IMG/VR virus record: IMGVR_UViG_3300027286_000002
DNA length: 64,000 nt
Strand: one strand, 5' to 3'
Source of the DNA: a virus
Taxonomy: Duplodnaviria; Caudoviricetes
Shown: positions 1 through 10,089 of the stretch, in pieces
Layout of the letters: each line of letters starts with the position of its first letter
How positions within the stretch are numbered: the first letter of the stretch is position 1
Position numbers and translations under genes: made by a program
The notes under the pieces: model-generated
Database searches by the model: none
The model's input: only the letters and a program-made list of their open reading frames with translations
What the model was told of the DNA's origin: nothing

Positions 1-237
1 GCAGGTCATGAAGTTCAAGACAATACTCAAAACTTTGTAGGTATTCCTGCTAATGATATTGATAGCTTTTTCTCAGGCGATAAATACCAAAGAATTTTGA
101 CAAGTGATTTGGCTGTTTCTTCTGCTGAAGGTGCTTTGTCTGTTATGCTTTCTGATGCTTTCACTTACAAAGGTGTTCAATCACAAGCTGTTGTTATTTA
201 TAATAATAATGGTACTGTGTATGATCCACAAGCCTAA
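1..237 (+). CDS. 3' end of a hypothetical (possibly virion) protein, truncated by the window edge
   Basis: Frame 1 is open from base 1 to TAA at 235-237 (AGHEVQDN...VYDPQA*), with normal codon usage. Confidence 0.6.
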   Translation, partial: AGHEVQDNTQNFVGIPANDIDSFFSGDKYQRILTSDLAVSSAEGALSVMLSDAFTYKGVQSQAVVIYNNNGTVYDPQA

Positions 238-270
238 TATTTAAAGAATAAGTTATAAAGGAAATAACTG

Positions 271-480
271 ATGAAATTAAATTTAGAGGATAAGAAAGTT
301 ATCCAAGCATTCTTTAATAAGAAACAGTTTGAATCTAGATGTTTTACTACAGATGGATTCAAATTAAATGCCACATGGGGCGAACAGGTTGCCGAATGGT
401 TAGATAATCAAATTGTCTATAACACAGAAAGCAAAAAAACTAAACAAATCTTAGATCAAGTGAAAAGCCTTTTAAAATGA
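271..480 (+). CDS. hypothetical protein
   Basis: 69-aa ORF, AAGGA SD upstream, stop overlaps the next start (ATGA). Confidence 0.6.
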   Translation: MKLNLEDKKVIQAFFNKKQFESRCFTTDGFKLNATWGEQVAEWLDNQIVYNTESKKTKQILDQVKSLLK

Positions 481-713
481 CTTATAGAACTTCTGATTTG
501 TACTTTGCATCTTTTCTTAAAGCTAAAGGTGTTATTCTACAATCCACTGAAAAAGATGATTTTAAAATCTCTTTTCTTTTTCAAGACAATGGTTCTATTA
601 AAGATCTTAAAAAAGAATATTTTAACAGGCAAGCTACTATCACTGCTTTGGATTTTGTTGATGAAATTAGATCTATGAAGTCATTAACATATATGTCTAA
701 AAAGGAATCTTAA
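477..713 (+). CDS. small phage protein, DUF5659-like
   Basis: N-terminal YRTSDLYFASFL motif resembles DUF5659-type phage proteins; translationally coupled to the upstream gene. Confidence 0.55.
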   Translation: MTYRTSDLYFASFLKAKGVILQSTEKDDFKISFLFQDNGSIKDLKKEYFNRQATITALDFVDEIRSMKSLTYMSKKES

Positions 714-714
714 C

Positions 715-1044
715 ATGGCTATTTATCCAAATGATGTATATGCACATAATGTTTTTTTCACATCACCTGAAGGTATTCCTATTGTCATTGCAGATGCTAT
801 CTACACTCTTTATCGTTTTAATGATGATAACACAATAGAGAAACTTATCACTAATCAAGCGATGGATTTACTTGATGAAGATGAACCATCTAGCTGGACA
901 GCCTTTATTACCATTCCTAGTGATACAGCAGGTCAAACTCTATATATTAAAGTAGAAGGTACTAACCTTGATGATGAACGAATTGTAAAAGAAACTACTA
1001 TCAATATAGATGCTATTAAAGGTATGCGAATTAGTTTTGTTTAA
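715..1044 (+). CDS. hypothetical beta-rich protein (possible virion Ig-like domain)
   Basis: 109-aa ORF in an operon, with alternating beta-strand-like pattern. Confidence 0.55.
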   Translation: MAIYPNDVYAHNVFFTSPEGIPIVIADAIYTLYRFNDDNTIEKLITNQAMDLLDEDEPSSWTAFITIPSDTAGQTLYIKVEGTNLDDERIVKETTINIDAIKGMRISFV

Positions 1045-1072
1045 TTGTGCATAGCACATAAGAGTTTTACAG

Positions 1073-1912
1073 ATGTTTGAAAATGCAAGAGAACTAGACC
1101 AATTTTATACAAATTTAGAGTGTGCTAAAAACTTTTTCAATATCATCCAAAGTAAATTAGATTTAGTTTCATTTGATTACATTATTGAGCCAAGTGTTGG
1201 GAATGGTGCTTTTTATCACCTATTTGACCATACAAAAAGAATCGCAATTGATATAGATCCTAAAATTGATGGTGCAATCAAAATGGATTTCTTAAAATGG
1301 AATTGTTTACTAAAAGGCAATATCATCACAATTGGAAATCCACCTTTTGGTAAAAATTCAAATCTAGCAGTAGATTTTTTCAATCACTCAGCAACATTTA
1401 GTAATGTGATAGCATTCATATTGCCTAAAACTTTTAGAAAAAACTCTTTTGTTAAGAAGCTAGATAAAAACTTTCATCTTATATATGATGAAGATGTACC
1501 AAAAAATAGCTTTATATTCAATAACAAATCTTATGATGTTTCTTGTTGCTTTCAGATATGGCAAAGACAAATAAACCAAAGACAAAATACCAAAGGATTA
1601 GATGTTTCAAAAGCAAATAGTTATTTTGATTTTGTTGAGCCAAAAGATTGTGATTTTATAGTGCAAAGAGTTGGTGTAAAGGCAGGTCAAATTATCATAG
1701 ATCAAAAAGACAAGTACACAACAAAAAACTTTTTCTATATCAAATCTAAGCATGAAACAACATTAAGCATATTTCAAAATATAGATTTTAATAAAGTAAA
1801 ACACAATACAGTAGGCTATCCTAGTGTCAGTAAAAAAGAATTAGTAGAACTGTTTTTGCAAGAACTAGATTTACTAGGCTTTTTTGAATTTCTTCCAAAA
1901 AAGTTTAAATAG
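1073..1912 (+). CDS. DNA N6-adenine methyltransferase (orphan)
   Basis: SAM-binding motif IIEPSVGNGAF followed by catalytic NPPFG. Confidence 0.85.
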   Translation: MFENARELDQFYTNLECAKNFFNIIQSKLDLVSFDYIIEPSVGNGAFYHLFDHTKRIAIDIDPKIDGAIKMDFLKWNCLLKGNIITIGNPPFGKNSNLAVDFFNHSATFSNVIAFILPKTFRKNSFVKKLDKNFHLIYDEDVPKNSFIFNNKSYDVSCCFQIWQRQINQRQNTKGLDVSKANSYFDFVEPKDCDFIVQRVGVKAGQIIIDQKDKYTTKNFFYIKSKHETTLSIFQNIDFNKVKHNTVGYPSVSKKELVELFLQELDLLGFFEFLPKKFK

Positions 1913-1966
1913 CTTGGTAATATGATTTGCACAATTAAGTGCAATCCACACAAGAGAGTAAAAACT

Positions 1967-2416
1967 ATGGGTTCTATTATTAGAAGAGGTTCTCGCAAGA
2001 AAAGAAAAAGTCCACCACCTTATGAAGTTTTCAAACGAGTTCCCTTATTGCAAAAGATTCTTTCTAAATACCTTGACGAAGAACAAATCAAAGAATTTGA
2101 AGAATTTTCTCATGTCAAATCTAAAGAATTGTTAGATAAAACACTAACAGGTAAATTTAAGTTTTCTTACACAGAATTTCAAGATGGCTCATTCCGTCTT
2201 AAAATCTCTGCAAGTAAAAAATCAGGACTCATCAGAAATGATTCCATATGCACAGAATCATTTATTGATAAGCAAACTTTAGTTTTTGATACCTGTTCTG
2301 TTGATAATCCTTTAAATTTTAATAAAGCTATTGCAAAGCATTTAAAGAAAGATATTAAGGCTTTCTTTAAAACTTTTAAACAATCTTATATTCCTCCTTG
2401 TTGTGAAGAAGATTAA
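1967..2416 (+). CDS. hypothetical basic protein
   Basis: ORF 1922-2416; ATG at 1967 follows the purine-rich AAGAGAG and is the more likely start. Confidence 0.55.
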   Translation: MGSIIRRGSRKKRKSPPPYEVFKRVPLLQKILSKYLDEEQIKEFEEFSHVKSKELLDKTLTGKFKFSYTEFQDGSFRLKISASKKSGLIRNDSICTESFIDKQTLVFDTCSVDNPLNFNKAIAKHLKKDIKAFFKTFKQSYIPPCCEED

Positions 2417-2417
2417 T

Positions 2418-2567
2418 ATGTTATTCACACAAGCTGTTAAAGATTTGATGGATAAGAAAGCGATCAATAAAGAAGGTCTTACTAAAGATGAACTTGCTTT
2501 ATTATGGGATATAGGTTTTGCTCTTGGATACATTAAAGAAAGCAAAGAAGAATTTCTTTCTAAATGA
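2418..2567 (+). CDS. small hypothetical protein (49 aa, below the ORF-track cutoff)
   Basis: MLFTQAVKDLMDKK...EEFLSK* fills the gap between flanking genes. Confidence 0.5.
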   Translation: MLFTQAVKDLMDKKAINKEGLTKDELALLWDIGFALGYIKESKEEFLSK

Positions 2568-2612
2568 TTTATTTTGATCTGCATATATAGAATCAATAAA
2601 AGAGAGCATATA

Positions 2613-2915
2613 ATGGCAGTCATATTTAAACAAAGCGATACACCTACAAAATTTGATTTAAGAATATATATCAGAGATGATAGAGATAGGTTATTTGATC
2701 CATATCGAATTACTTATGCTTTTTATGACATGAAGAAAAATAGAGTAGGTATGGCAGAAAGAACACCTATTAAAGAAAGCACAGGATATTACTTTGTAGG
2801 TGAAAAATTGAATACAGGATTTTTAAGAGGTGGATATTATGTAGAATGGTCTATCCAAAGAGATTCTACTGCACCAATAGAAATAGCAAGACAGGAATTT
2901 GCTATTGTAGGCTAA
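2613..2915 (+). CDS. virion-associated domain protein, paralog of the N-terminal domain of 7111-8463
   Basis: MAVIFK...DLRIYI...ITYAFY...GYYF...YYVEWSI...QEFAIV aligns with MSVAFK...DLDIFL...ITYAIF...GEYY...YRIKWTI...QEFGVV. Confidence 0.65.
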   Translation: MAVIFKQSDTPTKFDLRIYIRDDRDRLFDPYRITYAFYDMKKNRVGMAERTPIKESTGYYFVGEKLNTGFLRGGYYVEWSIQRDSTAPIEIARQEFAIVG

Positions 2916-3568
2916 TAATCATTTGGATCTGGATCAATTACATAAATTACTTCCATATTTACCAAAAAATCCATAGTGTTTAAACTCCAACTCACATCTT
3001 TTACTGCAATACTATAAGAATCTAAATATTGATGAACATCAACATCATCAGTATCAATACCAACAAGAAAATCTAAAGAAATACCCGCATCTTTCATTAA
3101 AAACTCTTCAACAACCTTTTCATCATAGTGAATGTTTGAACTTTTAATTCCTTGCTTTACAAACATTGCTACTGCATTTAAATATGATCCTGCTTTAAGA
3201 TCTTTTAATACCTCTTTAGCAAGAATCTTATGTGCAAAAAATTGAGGTTCTTCTGAATTGAGATGATCTGCTAATACTTTAGCTACAGATTCAAGTGCCA
3301 CTTGAATAGATAAAGATACTCGTATCTCATGTGAATAAATATCTTCTTCTTGTTTTAAAACTTTAACTTGATACTCACCATCAGCTGATTGAATGATGCC
3401 ATGAAAAACATTTGTAAGACCATCTACAATCGCACCAGATACTTGATCTTTTGCTTGGTTAGATAATTCTTTCAAATTGAACATAACACTTGGGAATGCA
3501 AGTAGTGATCCATTACCTGCTTGCTTTTGCATATAGATAGATGCAATTTTTTTACTTAAATATTTCAT
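2912..3568 (-). CDS. hypothetical protein, tandem paralog A
   Basis: Long stretches near-identical to 3694-4419; N-terminal KKIASIYMQKQA tag. Confidence 0.8.
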   Translation of the reverse strand: MKYLSKKIASIYMQKQAGNGSLLAFPSVMFNLKELSNQAKDQVSGAIVDGLTNVFHGIIQSADGEYQVKVLKQEEDIYSHEIRVSLSIQVALESVAKVLADHLNSEEPQFFAHKILAKEVLKDLKAGSYLNAVAMFVKQGIKSSNIHYDEKVVEEFLMKDAGISLDFLVGIDTDDVDVHQYLDSYSIAVKDVSWSLNTMDFLVNMEVIYVIDPDPNDY

Positions 3569-3647
3569 TTTTAATCTTCACTTTCGTTGTCGGATTAAGG
3601 AATCTTTTATCAATCACGATTTTATTAATAAACTATAAAAGAATGAT

Positions 3648-3697
3648 ACCCTACCACCTTCACCTATACCTATTATGATGCTTTAGTTGTAGGCTAA
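3648..3697 (+). pseudogene. decayed 5' fragment of the thermonuclease gene left by the tandem duplication
   Basis: ACCCTACCACCTTCACCT-ATACCTATTATGATGCT matches ACCTTGCCACCATCACCTTATACATATTATGCTGAT at 4522-4557 (TLPPSPYTYY). Confidence 0.7.
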
Positions 3698-4419
3698 TAA
3701 TCATTCAAATACTGATTACCATCAAGTATAAAACCTACTTCCATAGCTACCAAAAAGTCCATAGTATTTAAACTCCAACTCACATCTTTTACTGCAACAC
3801 TAGAGTACTCTAAATATTGACTACCTTCCATACTATTCATGCCAAGAAAATCTAAATCAAGATTTTCAATCCAACTTAAAAACTCTTCTACATGATCTGT
3901 AGCATAGCGAATGTTTGAACTTTTAATTTCTTGCTTTACAAACATTGCTACTGCATTTAAATATGATCCTGCTTTAAGATCTTTTAATACCTCTTTAGTA
4001 AGAATCTTATGTGCAAAAAATTGATGTACTTCTGAATTGAGATGTTTTGCCAATTCTTCAGCTACAAATTCAAGTTCTACTTGAATAGATAAAGATAATT
4101 TTTTTCCATTTGCACCATAAATCTCATGTGCTTCAAAACCTGTATCACTGTAATACTTACCTTGATTTCTCATCGGAATATCACCTTCAAGTGTTTCTTG
4201 TTTTAAAACTTTAACTTCATACTCACCACCACTTGCTTGAATGATGCCATGAAAAATATTTGCAAGACCATCTACAATCGCATCAGATACTTGATCTTTT
4301 GCTTGGTTAGATAATTCTTTCAAATTGAACATAACACTTGGGAATGCAAGTAGTGATCCACTGCCTGCTTGTTTTTGCATCATATATACAGATGCAATCT
4401 TTTTACTTAAATTTCTCAT
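3694..4419 (-). CDS. hypothetical protein, tandem paralog B
   Basis: Paralog of 2912-3568 with an internal insertion; both end NDY* beside the shared TTGTAGGCTAATAATCATT. Confidence 0.8.
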   Translation of the reverse strand: MRNLSKKIASVYMMQKQAGSGSLLAFPSVMFNLKELSNQAKDQVSDAIVDGLANIFHGIIQASGGEYEVKVLKQETLEGDIPMRNQGKYYSDTGFEAHEIYGANGKKLSLSIQVELEFVAEELAKHLNSEVHQFFAHKILTKEVLKDLKAGSYLNAVAMFVKQEIKSSNIRYATDHVEEFLSWIENLDLDFLGMNSMEGSQYLEYSSVAVKDVSWSLNTMDFLVAMEVGFILDGNQYLNDY

Positions 4420-4503
4420 TTTGAAAACCTTTCGTTTCTTTCATTCTTTAATAACATATTTATAAATACTTTATTGCATGAACATAAAAAAGGACAAAAG
4501 AAA

Positions 4504-4935
4504 ATGGCTAAAAAGAAAGCTACCTTGCCACCATCACCTTATACATATTATGCTGATGTTTTAGAAGTATATGATGGTGATACTCTTACTGTTATTATCG
4601 ATCTAGGTTTTAGTTTAACCATTAAAACTAAAGTTCGTCTTATGGGTATTGACACTGCTGAAATGAAATCAGAAGATCCTGAAGTTAAGAAATTAGCTGT
4701 GGCATCAAGAGATTTTATCCGTGAACAAGTACTTGATAAAAAAGTGTTATTAAAAAGCCACAAGCCTGATAAATATGGTCGTGCTTTAGCTGATGTATGG
4801 TCTTTAAATGATGATTGGACACCAGCACCTAAGACACTTAGTGAAATGATGATTGAAAAAGGTTTTGCCAAATCCTATGATGGTGGCACTAAAGATCAAT
4901 TTACTGTGGAAGATACGAAAGGACTTGAAAAATGA
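4504..4935 (+). CDS. thermonuclease (staphylococcal nuclease-like)
   Basis: VYDGDT, VRLMGIDTAE and DKYGRALA motifs; ATG at 4504 follows AAAGGA. Confidence 0.9.
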   Translation: MAKKKATLPPSPYTYYADVLEVYDGDTLTVIIDLGFSLTIKTKVRLMGIDTAEMKSEDPEVKKLAVASRDFIREQVLDKKVLLKSHKPDKYGRALADVWSLNDDWTPAPKTLSEMMIEKGFAKSYDGGTKDQFTVEDTKGLEK

Positions 4936-5249
4936 ATAGACCATCTGCTCTTAGAGTAGCATCACAATATTTAAAAGCTACTACATTTTATAAGAAACGA
5001 TTTAGTATGGATGAACTTGCTATGGCTTTAGCAGGTTACGATGATGATATTAAAAGACAATATCGTTTACAATTAATCAATGATGCTATCTTTGAGAAAA
5101 ATCGTAAAGATCCTATTTTGACTTTTGCTCAAAATGGTTTTTCTAATCCTGCTAATGGTGAACCACCTGAAGAAATTAAAAAACAAATTCGTCATGCTTT
5201 ATATAAAGCTGGTTTTGATAAAAAATTAGTTTCCGATTGGTTTAAATAA
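4932..5249 (+). CDS. hypothetical protein
   Basis: 105-aa ORF coupled to the nuclease gene; N-terminal LRVASQY tag. Confidence 0.65.
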   Translation: MNRPSALRVASQYLKATTFYKKRFSMDELAMALAGYDDDIKRQYRLQLINDAIFEKNRKDPILTFAQNGFSNPANGEPPEEIKKQIRHALYKAGFDKKLVSDWFK

Positions 5250-5261
5250 TCTTTCAAAGAA

Positions 5262-5771
5262 ATGGAAAACATTATGTCACATCGTATTGCTCAACTTAAA
5301 CATAGACTCGCTCGTCTTGAAAAAAAAACTTTTTTCGATTTCTTTAAAGAAGAACAAGATATTTTCCAAGAAGAAATCGAAAAAAGTATACCTTCTCTTA
5401 AACTTATGTATGAAGGACAAAGAAGAGGAAATACTCTCAAATATGAGTTAGTACTAAAAAATAACCATCCTCTAGCACTATATCCTACACATAAATGGTC
5501 TCTTCTTATTGACCTTTTTCCTGATAATGAAGAAGATACAATCCAAATGTCTATTCTTGTAAGTCCTTATGAATGGAATGCTCGTAAAGATATGCTACTT
5601 AACTTATCCAAAAAACTATACCTTTGGGATGAAACTACTTCTGATGATCGTGCAAGTATTAAAGCAAGTATTAAAGATTTTATATCTTTCTTAAAAAACA
5701 ATCATCCAAAAATGGTAGAAATGGGTCTCAATACAGGTACTATTCCTGCAGATGAAAGTAAATTAAACTAA
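5262..5771 (+). CDS. hypothetical protein
   Basis: 169-aa ORF; N-terminal RIAQLKHRLARL. Confidence 0.65.
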   Translation: MENIMSHRIAQLKHRLARLEKKTFFDFFKEEQDIFQEEIEKSIPSLKLMYEGQRRGNTLKYELVLKNNHPLALYPTHKWSLLIDLFPDNEEDTIQMSILVSPYEWNARKDMLLNLSKKLYLWDETTSDDRASIKASIKDFISFLKNNHPKMVEMGLNTGTIPADESKLN

Positions 5772-5822
5772 ACCTTTATCGCTAGTACCTCCACTACCTT
5801 ATTATATACTGTCATCCTATAT

Positions 5823-7028
5823 TTAGATACAAACCCAAAATAGTTTACAGCCTACAGGATCACCTGATCCATTTGTTGCTTTAAGTCTAGCTTTGAAATT
5901 CACACCCGGGTTAATCTCATAAGTAACAGGTGGTGTATTAATATCTACTGATGATGGTGCAAACACATTCAGAATTATTAGATTTGTTCCAATTATAAAA
6001 GCACCTGCTACTGTAAAAGTGATTTCACCATTATTTAAACCATCAGGTATAGTAAAGTCTTGTGATCCATAATAATGAACACCTACAGTACCATCACCAT
6101 TAAACACACCTAAAAGACCATTAAAGATATAATTATCTAAAGTAACATTTGCACCTTTAATAATAACTTTACCATCACTTGCACCACCTCCACCTGTTGC
6201 TGGATCTAAAGTAATATTTCCACTTGTCCTGCCTGCCCCAATACCTGCTCCTGATGTGATATTTACATCACCACCATTTGAAGAACCTATAAAATTACCT
6301 ACACCACCACCTGTGATATTAATATGACCACCTGTTGCCACAACATTATCAATTACAAGACCACCTGTTAAATTTACATTCCCACCTTCTTTATTCCCAC
6401 TCCATACGGGACCACCTGTAATCTCTACATTACCACCATCATCAGTATCACTATCACCACCTATAATAGATACTTTACCTGCTGTGCCTGTACTTCCTCT
6501 ATTACCATAAATATATACACCACCACCATTTACTTCACCTTCACCTGCACGGATTTCTACACCACCACCATTACCATTAAGAGATGCACCTGCATTTAAT
6601 TCCAAAGCACCACCTACTTGACCTGCACCATTTGAAGTACCTGCTTTAATTAAAATGTCAGTACCTGTAAAATCTAAAGCACCTTGAGGATCATAAGGAC
6701 CCGAAATCTCATATAGACCATTTTGGAAAGTGACATCTAAATGATTTGAAATACCATCTTCATCAGTTGAGGTATAATTTAAATCACCATGCTCAAAAAA
6801 GGTTTGAATTAAACCTTGATCAATAAATGATCTGATTGCACCTGATTCATAGCTATATTGTACTTGTTCTGTAAACAATATTGTTACTGCACCATTTTTA
6901 GGTATATATTGATATGGCTTACGATTATTTACTCTACCATTCTGATCTTTACCATCATGAATGTCATTTAAATATATAGATGAGTTTGAGCCAACATTGA
7001 TTACTTTAAGAGATAGGCTATTTGCCAT
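5823..7028 (-). CDS. glycine-rich virion protein (fibre/decoration-like)
   Basis: Repeated GGxVxIxGG beta-helix-like units over about 200 aa; AAAGGA SD. Confidence 0.65.
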   Translation of the reverse strand: MANSLSLKVINVGSNSSIYLNDIHDGKDQNGRVNNRKPYQYIPKNGAVTILFTEQVQYSYESGAIRSFIDQGLIQTFFEHGDLNYTSTDEDGISNHLDVTFQNGLYEISGPYDPQGALDFTGTDILIKAGTSNGAGQVGGALELNAGASLNGNGGGVEIRAGEGEVNGGGVYIYGNRGSTGTAGKVSIIGGDSDTDDGGNVEITGGPVWSGNKEGGNVNLTGGLVIDNVVATGGHINITGGGVGNFIGSSNGGDVNITSGAGIGAGRTSGNITLDPATGGGGASDGKVIIKGANVTLDNYIFNGLLGVFNGDGTVGVHYYGSQDFTIPDGLNNGEITFTVAGAFIIGTNLIILNVFAPSSVDINTPPVTYEINPGVNFKARLKATNGSGDPVGCKLFWVCI

Positions 7029-7110
7029 GATTTCAAATCCTTTGAAAAAATACTTATTTTATATTTAGACTCTTTAATAAATTGAAAATCACAAACAAGG
7101 TACTGATAAA

Positions 7111-8463
7111 ATGAGTGTCGCATTTAAACGAAGTCAAACACTTACTCGTGGTGATCTTGATATATTCTTAACTAATGCTAGTGGAAATGTTGCCAATGCC
7201 TCGTCTATTACTTATGCTATCTTTTTTGTAGATAATATGGTTGATGTTCTTATTGGTGATCCTGCTCGCATACCTGAAAATCCAGCTGTTGGTGAATACT
7301 ATGCCTCTCTTAGAATACCAGCTACTGCATCTTATGGTACATATAGAATAAAATGGACGATTAAAGAACTTGTTAATAGTCCTGAACAAACTGTCATTCA
7401 AGAATTTGGTGTTGTCAGTGAAACTACAATAGTAGGAAATTCATTTTCTACTAATGAAAGAATAATGGTAGATAAACTAAGATTGCTACTCCGTGATCAG
7501 TGTATTGGTGGTGAAGAGAAAATCTTATTAGATGTCAATGGTGAAAAAGTAATTATTACTTTAGAAGAACTTTATGATCTAATAGATAAAGAAAATGATA
7601 GTATTATCAAAGAATCTTTTAAAGAAGGTACTTTGAAAATCCAATCTATGGATAAAGAAGGCAATTTGTCTTGGCAAAAGATTGAGAAAGCACATAAAAA
7701 TGAAACATCATGGGAATCTATCTATTCTATTGAAACTGAATTAGGTAGTATGATTCTCACAGGTGGTCATAGAGTATATACAGATATTGATTATGCTGTT
7801 GAAGTAGAAGATTTAAAAGAAGGTGATTCTGTTTATTCTCTACAAGGCAAAGTTAAGATATTAGCTATCTCTCAAATAGATAATAGAGAGCATATGTATG
7901 ATCTCACAGTAGAAAATAATCACAATCTCTTTTTATTTGATAGTAAAATACTTGTCCATAACTGTCCTGATAAATTTTATCATTTTAGACCACCTGAAGC
8001 TGAAGCTAATGTTGGTCAATATAATAGAGTATTTGGTCAAGTATGGGAAGATGTAGAGTTATTAGAATATATTGAAAGAGCATTAGATTGGTGGAATATG
8101 ATGCCACCTGAAACTGATGGTGCATATAAAAATATTGATGTTCTTTGTAATCAGAAACCTGCATGGCGAACTGCAATCTTTCAAGGTGCTATTCAGTTTG
8201 CGGCGATGGCATTACAAGCGAATTGGATTGTAGATGAATTTGATTATTCCATAGGTGGCATTTCATTAAATATTGATAAATCCTCTAAATATGAAGGTTT
8301 AAGATCCGCCGCTGAAAGTCAATGGCAAACTGCTACTGAAATGAAAGCTAGAACTACCAAAATCATTCGTGGTTTACAACAACCTAAATATGGTGTTGGT
8401 ATCAGATCAGCTTTTGGTCCCCATGTTGGTCGTGGTGTCCTCTCTCCACGAAACTTTTTATAA
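7111..8463 (+). CDS. virion neck/head-tail adaptor-like protein containing a mini-intein
   Basis: N-terminal domain paralogous to 2613-2915; C-terminal EFDYSIGGISLNIDKS resembles head-completion proteins; interrupted by an intein. Confidence 0.6.
   Translation: MSVAFKRSQTLTRGDLDIFLTNASGNVANASSITYAIFFVDNMVDVLIGDPARIPENPAVGEYYASLRIPATASYGTYRIKWTIKELVNSPEQTVIQEFGVVSETTIVGNSFSTNERIMVDKLRLLLRDQCIGGEEKILLDVNGEKVIITLEELYDLIDKENDSIIKESFKEGTLKIQSMDKEGNLSWQKIEKAHKNETSWESIYSIETELGSMILTGGHRVYTDIDYAVEVEDLKEGDSVYSLQGKVKILAISQIDNREHMYDLTVENNHNLFLFDSKILVHNCPDKFYHFRPPEAEANVGQYNRVFGQVWEDVELLEYIERALDWWNMMPPETDGAYKNIDVLCNQKPAWRTAIFQGAIQFAAMALQANWIVDEFDYSIGGISLNIDKSSKYEGLRSAAESQWQTATEMKARTTKIIRGLQQPKYGVGIRSAFGPHVGRGVLSPRNFL
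7501..7962 (+). mobile_element. class 1 mini-intein (154 aa, no endonuclease domain)
   Basis: Block A CIGGEEKILL at 7501, block B LTGGH (TxxH), block F MYDLTVENNHN, block G LVHN followed by extein Cys at 7963. Confidence 0.92.
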
Positions 8464-8480
8464 TAAAGATAGAATAGAAA

Positions 8481-8795
8481 ATGACAGAAAAACAAAACGA
8501 ACAAATGAGAAAATGGATCAGTTGGGCAATGAAAGGCTTATCTGCTAGTGTATTGCCCCTTATCTATTGGCTTAATGAAATAAGTGTTGATAATGCAGTG
8601 CTTGAAAACCAAGTAATCAACATACAGAACAAAATAAATCAGATAGAATATCAAGTCTATGAAGTCAAAAAAGATGTTGTTAATGATAAAGTTATGGATG
8701 CTCGTACAGAACAAGCATTAAAAGATATTGAGAAAGACATTAACAGCATCGAAAAAAACTTGAATGAGATCCAAAAGATCTTAATTGAAAAGTGA
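8481..8795 (+). CDS. membrane-anchored coiled-coil protein
   Basis: Hydrophobic N-terminal segment followed by heptad repeats. Confidence 0.6.
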   Translation: MTEKQNEQMRKWISWAMKGLSASVLPLIYWLNEISVDNAVLENQVINIQNKINQIEYQVYEVKKDVVNDKVMDARTEQALKDIEKDINSIEKNLNEIQKILIEK

Positions 8796-8805
8796 GTTTT
8801 AAAAA

Positions 8806-9102
8806 ATGAAAGTTTATGCTTTAGCTATTCTGTTTACTTCTGTTTTCTTTCTTATATCGGGTACAGATGATTTCTTTAAACACAAAAAATTAGAAATGAC
8901 TACCATCCGTGCAAAAGAAATAAAGATGGTCGAAATACCTCCACCATCACCTTTAGTTATTAAAGAAGATATAAAATTTAATGATCTTAAAAAGAAAACA
9001 GATTGTATAAATAATAAGTCTAAAGACATCTTACTTAAACTTAAACTTAAAAAGGCAGTTCAAAATGCAAAGCACTACAAAACAGATCGGGACACTCTCT
9101 GA
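8806..9102 (+). CDS. small protein with N-terminal transmembrane/signal segment
   Basis: MKVYALAILFTSVFFLISG then a basic, Pro-containing tail. Confidence 0.6.
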   Translation: MKVYALAILFTSVFFLISGTDDFFKHKKLEMTTIRAKEIKMVEIPPPSPLVIKEDIKFNDLKKKTDCINNKSKDILLKLKLKKAVQNAKHYKTDRDTL

Positions 9103-9328
9103 ACAACAAATCCAAAAGTTTGCAGAATTAAAGCAAACTGCTATCCAGCTTGTTAATCAGTTAGGCTCTCTTGAACTTAAAAAACATAACATCATTGAAA
9201 CTCTCAATAAGAATGAGAATGAAGCTCAAAACCTTTTAAGCCAAATTAAATTTAAATTTGATTTGAAAGAAGATCAAGTTTTCCAAATCTTAGATGATGG
9301 CAAGGTAATTGTTAAGGTTGAAGAATAA
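9065..9328 (+). CDS. small coiled-coil hypothetical protein
   Basis: 87-aa ORF with heptad pattern. Confidence 0.6.
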   Translation: MQSTTKQIGTLSEQQIQKFAELKQTAIQLVNQLGSLELKKHNIIETLNKNENEAQNLLSQIKFKFDLKEDQVFQILDDGKVIVKVEE

Positions 9329-10001
9329 TCTCAAAGGTATAATAATCTGTATTGTTATCTTCTATCCATCTTAAATGATTTAATCCTGTTGCTTTCTCAA
9401 AGCTATCTATATACCTTTCATCTACACGAACACGAATTTGATCTTTATCCATAAATGACAATAAATCTGTATTCCACTGTGCAGGCTGTAAATCATCATT
9501 GCTCTTATCTATATAAGCATGATGCTCTTTTAAACACTTAAACAAAGTATTCTTATCACAATTTACTACCTGCTCAAATGGTCTTTCATAAAGCATTGTT
9601 GGTCTTACATCTTTAAGATATGCCATGATATGATCATAAGCAATTGGATAATCTTTCTTTTTTAAAACCTTATAGAATTTCTGAATAAAGTCTTTTTGCA
9701 TACTGCTCAATAGCAATTCTTTTGCCATATCTATCCTTTCATATTTAAATGCACAAGCTGTAAAGAAAAGTATTTCCCTTTGGCTTATGGTTTCTAATGA
9801 TAATATCTGTTCTCTTGTTAAAGCATCCGTAGGATAAAACACATAAGTAGTCGCTTTCTGTGTTCTAAAGAAATCTACCTGTGTATTTGCCATATCTAAT
9901 GAAAATGCAAAGTAATCTGATTTCATAGGTGGCAACTTTTCACTAGCTGGTATAATATGTACTAGATACATACTTTTATATGTGATTAGCTTTTTGATCA
10001 T
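9312..10001 (-). CDS. hypothetical protein
   Basis: 229-aa ORF with normal composition. Confidence 0.65.
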   Translation of the reverse strand: MIKKLITYKSMYLVHIIPASEKLPPMKSDYFAFSLDMANTQVDFFRTQKATTYVFYPTDALTREQILSLETISQREILFFTACAFKYERIDMAKELLLSSMQKDFIQKFYKVLKKKDYPIAYDHIMAYLKDVRPTMLYERPFEQVVNCDKNTLFKCLKEHHAYIDKSNDDLQPAQWNTDLLSFMDKDQIRVRVDERYIDSFEKATGLNHLRWIEDNNTDYYTFEIILQP

Positions 10002-10089
10002 ATCTTTTCCTTGTTTATTTATCTTATCTTATATTTTATTTATATCTTTTTTCCTTGATATGAAACACTTAAACGAAAAGGTAAACATT

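Noticed and set aside
8481-9328. Spanin or lysis cassette
   Set aside because: No lipobox-bearing nested o-spanin was found and no endolysin is adjacent.
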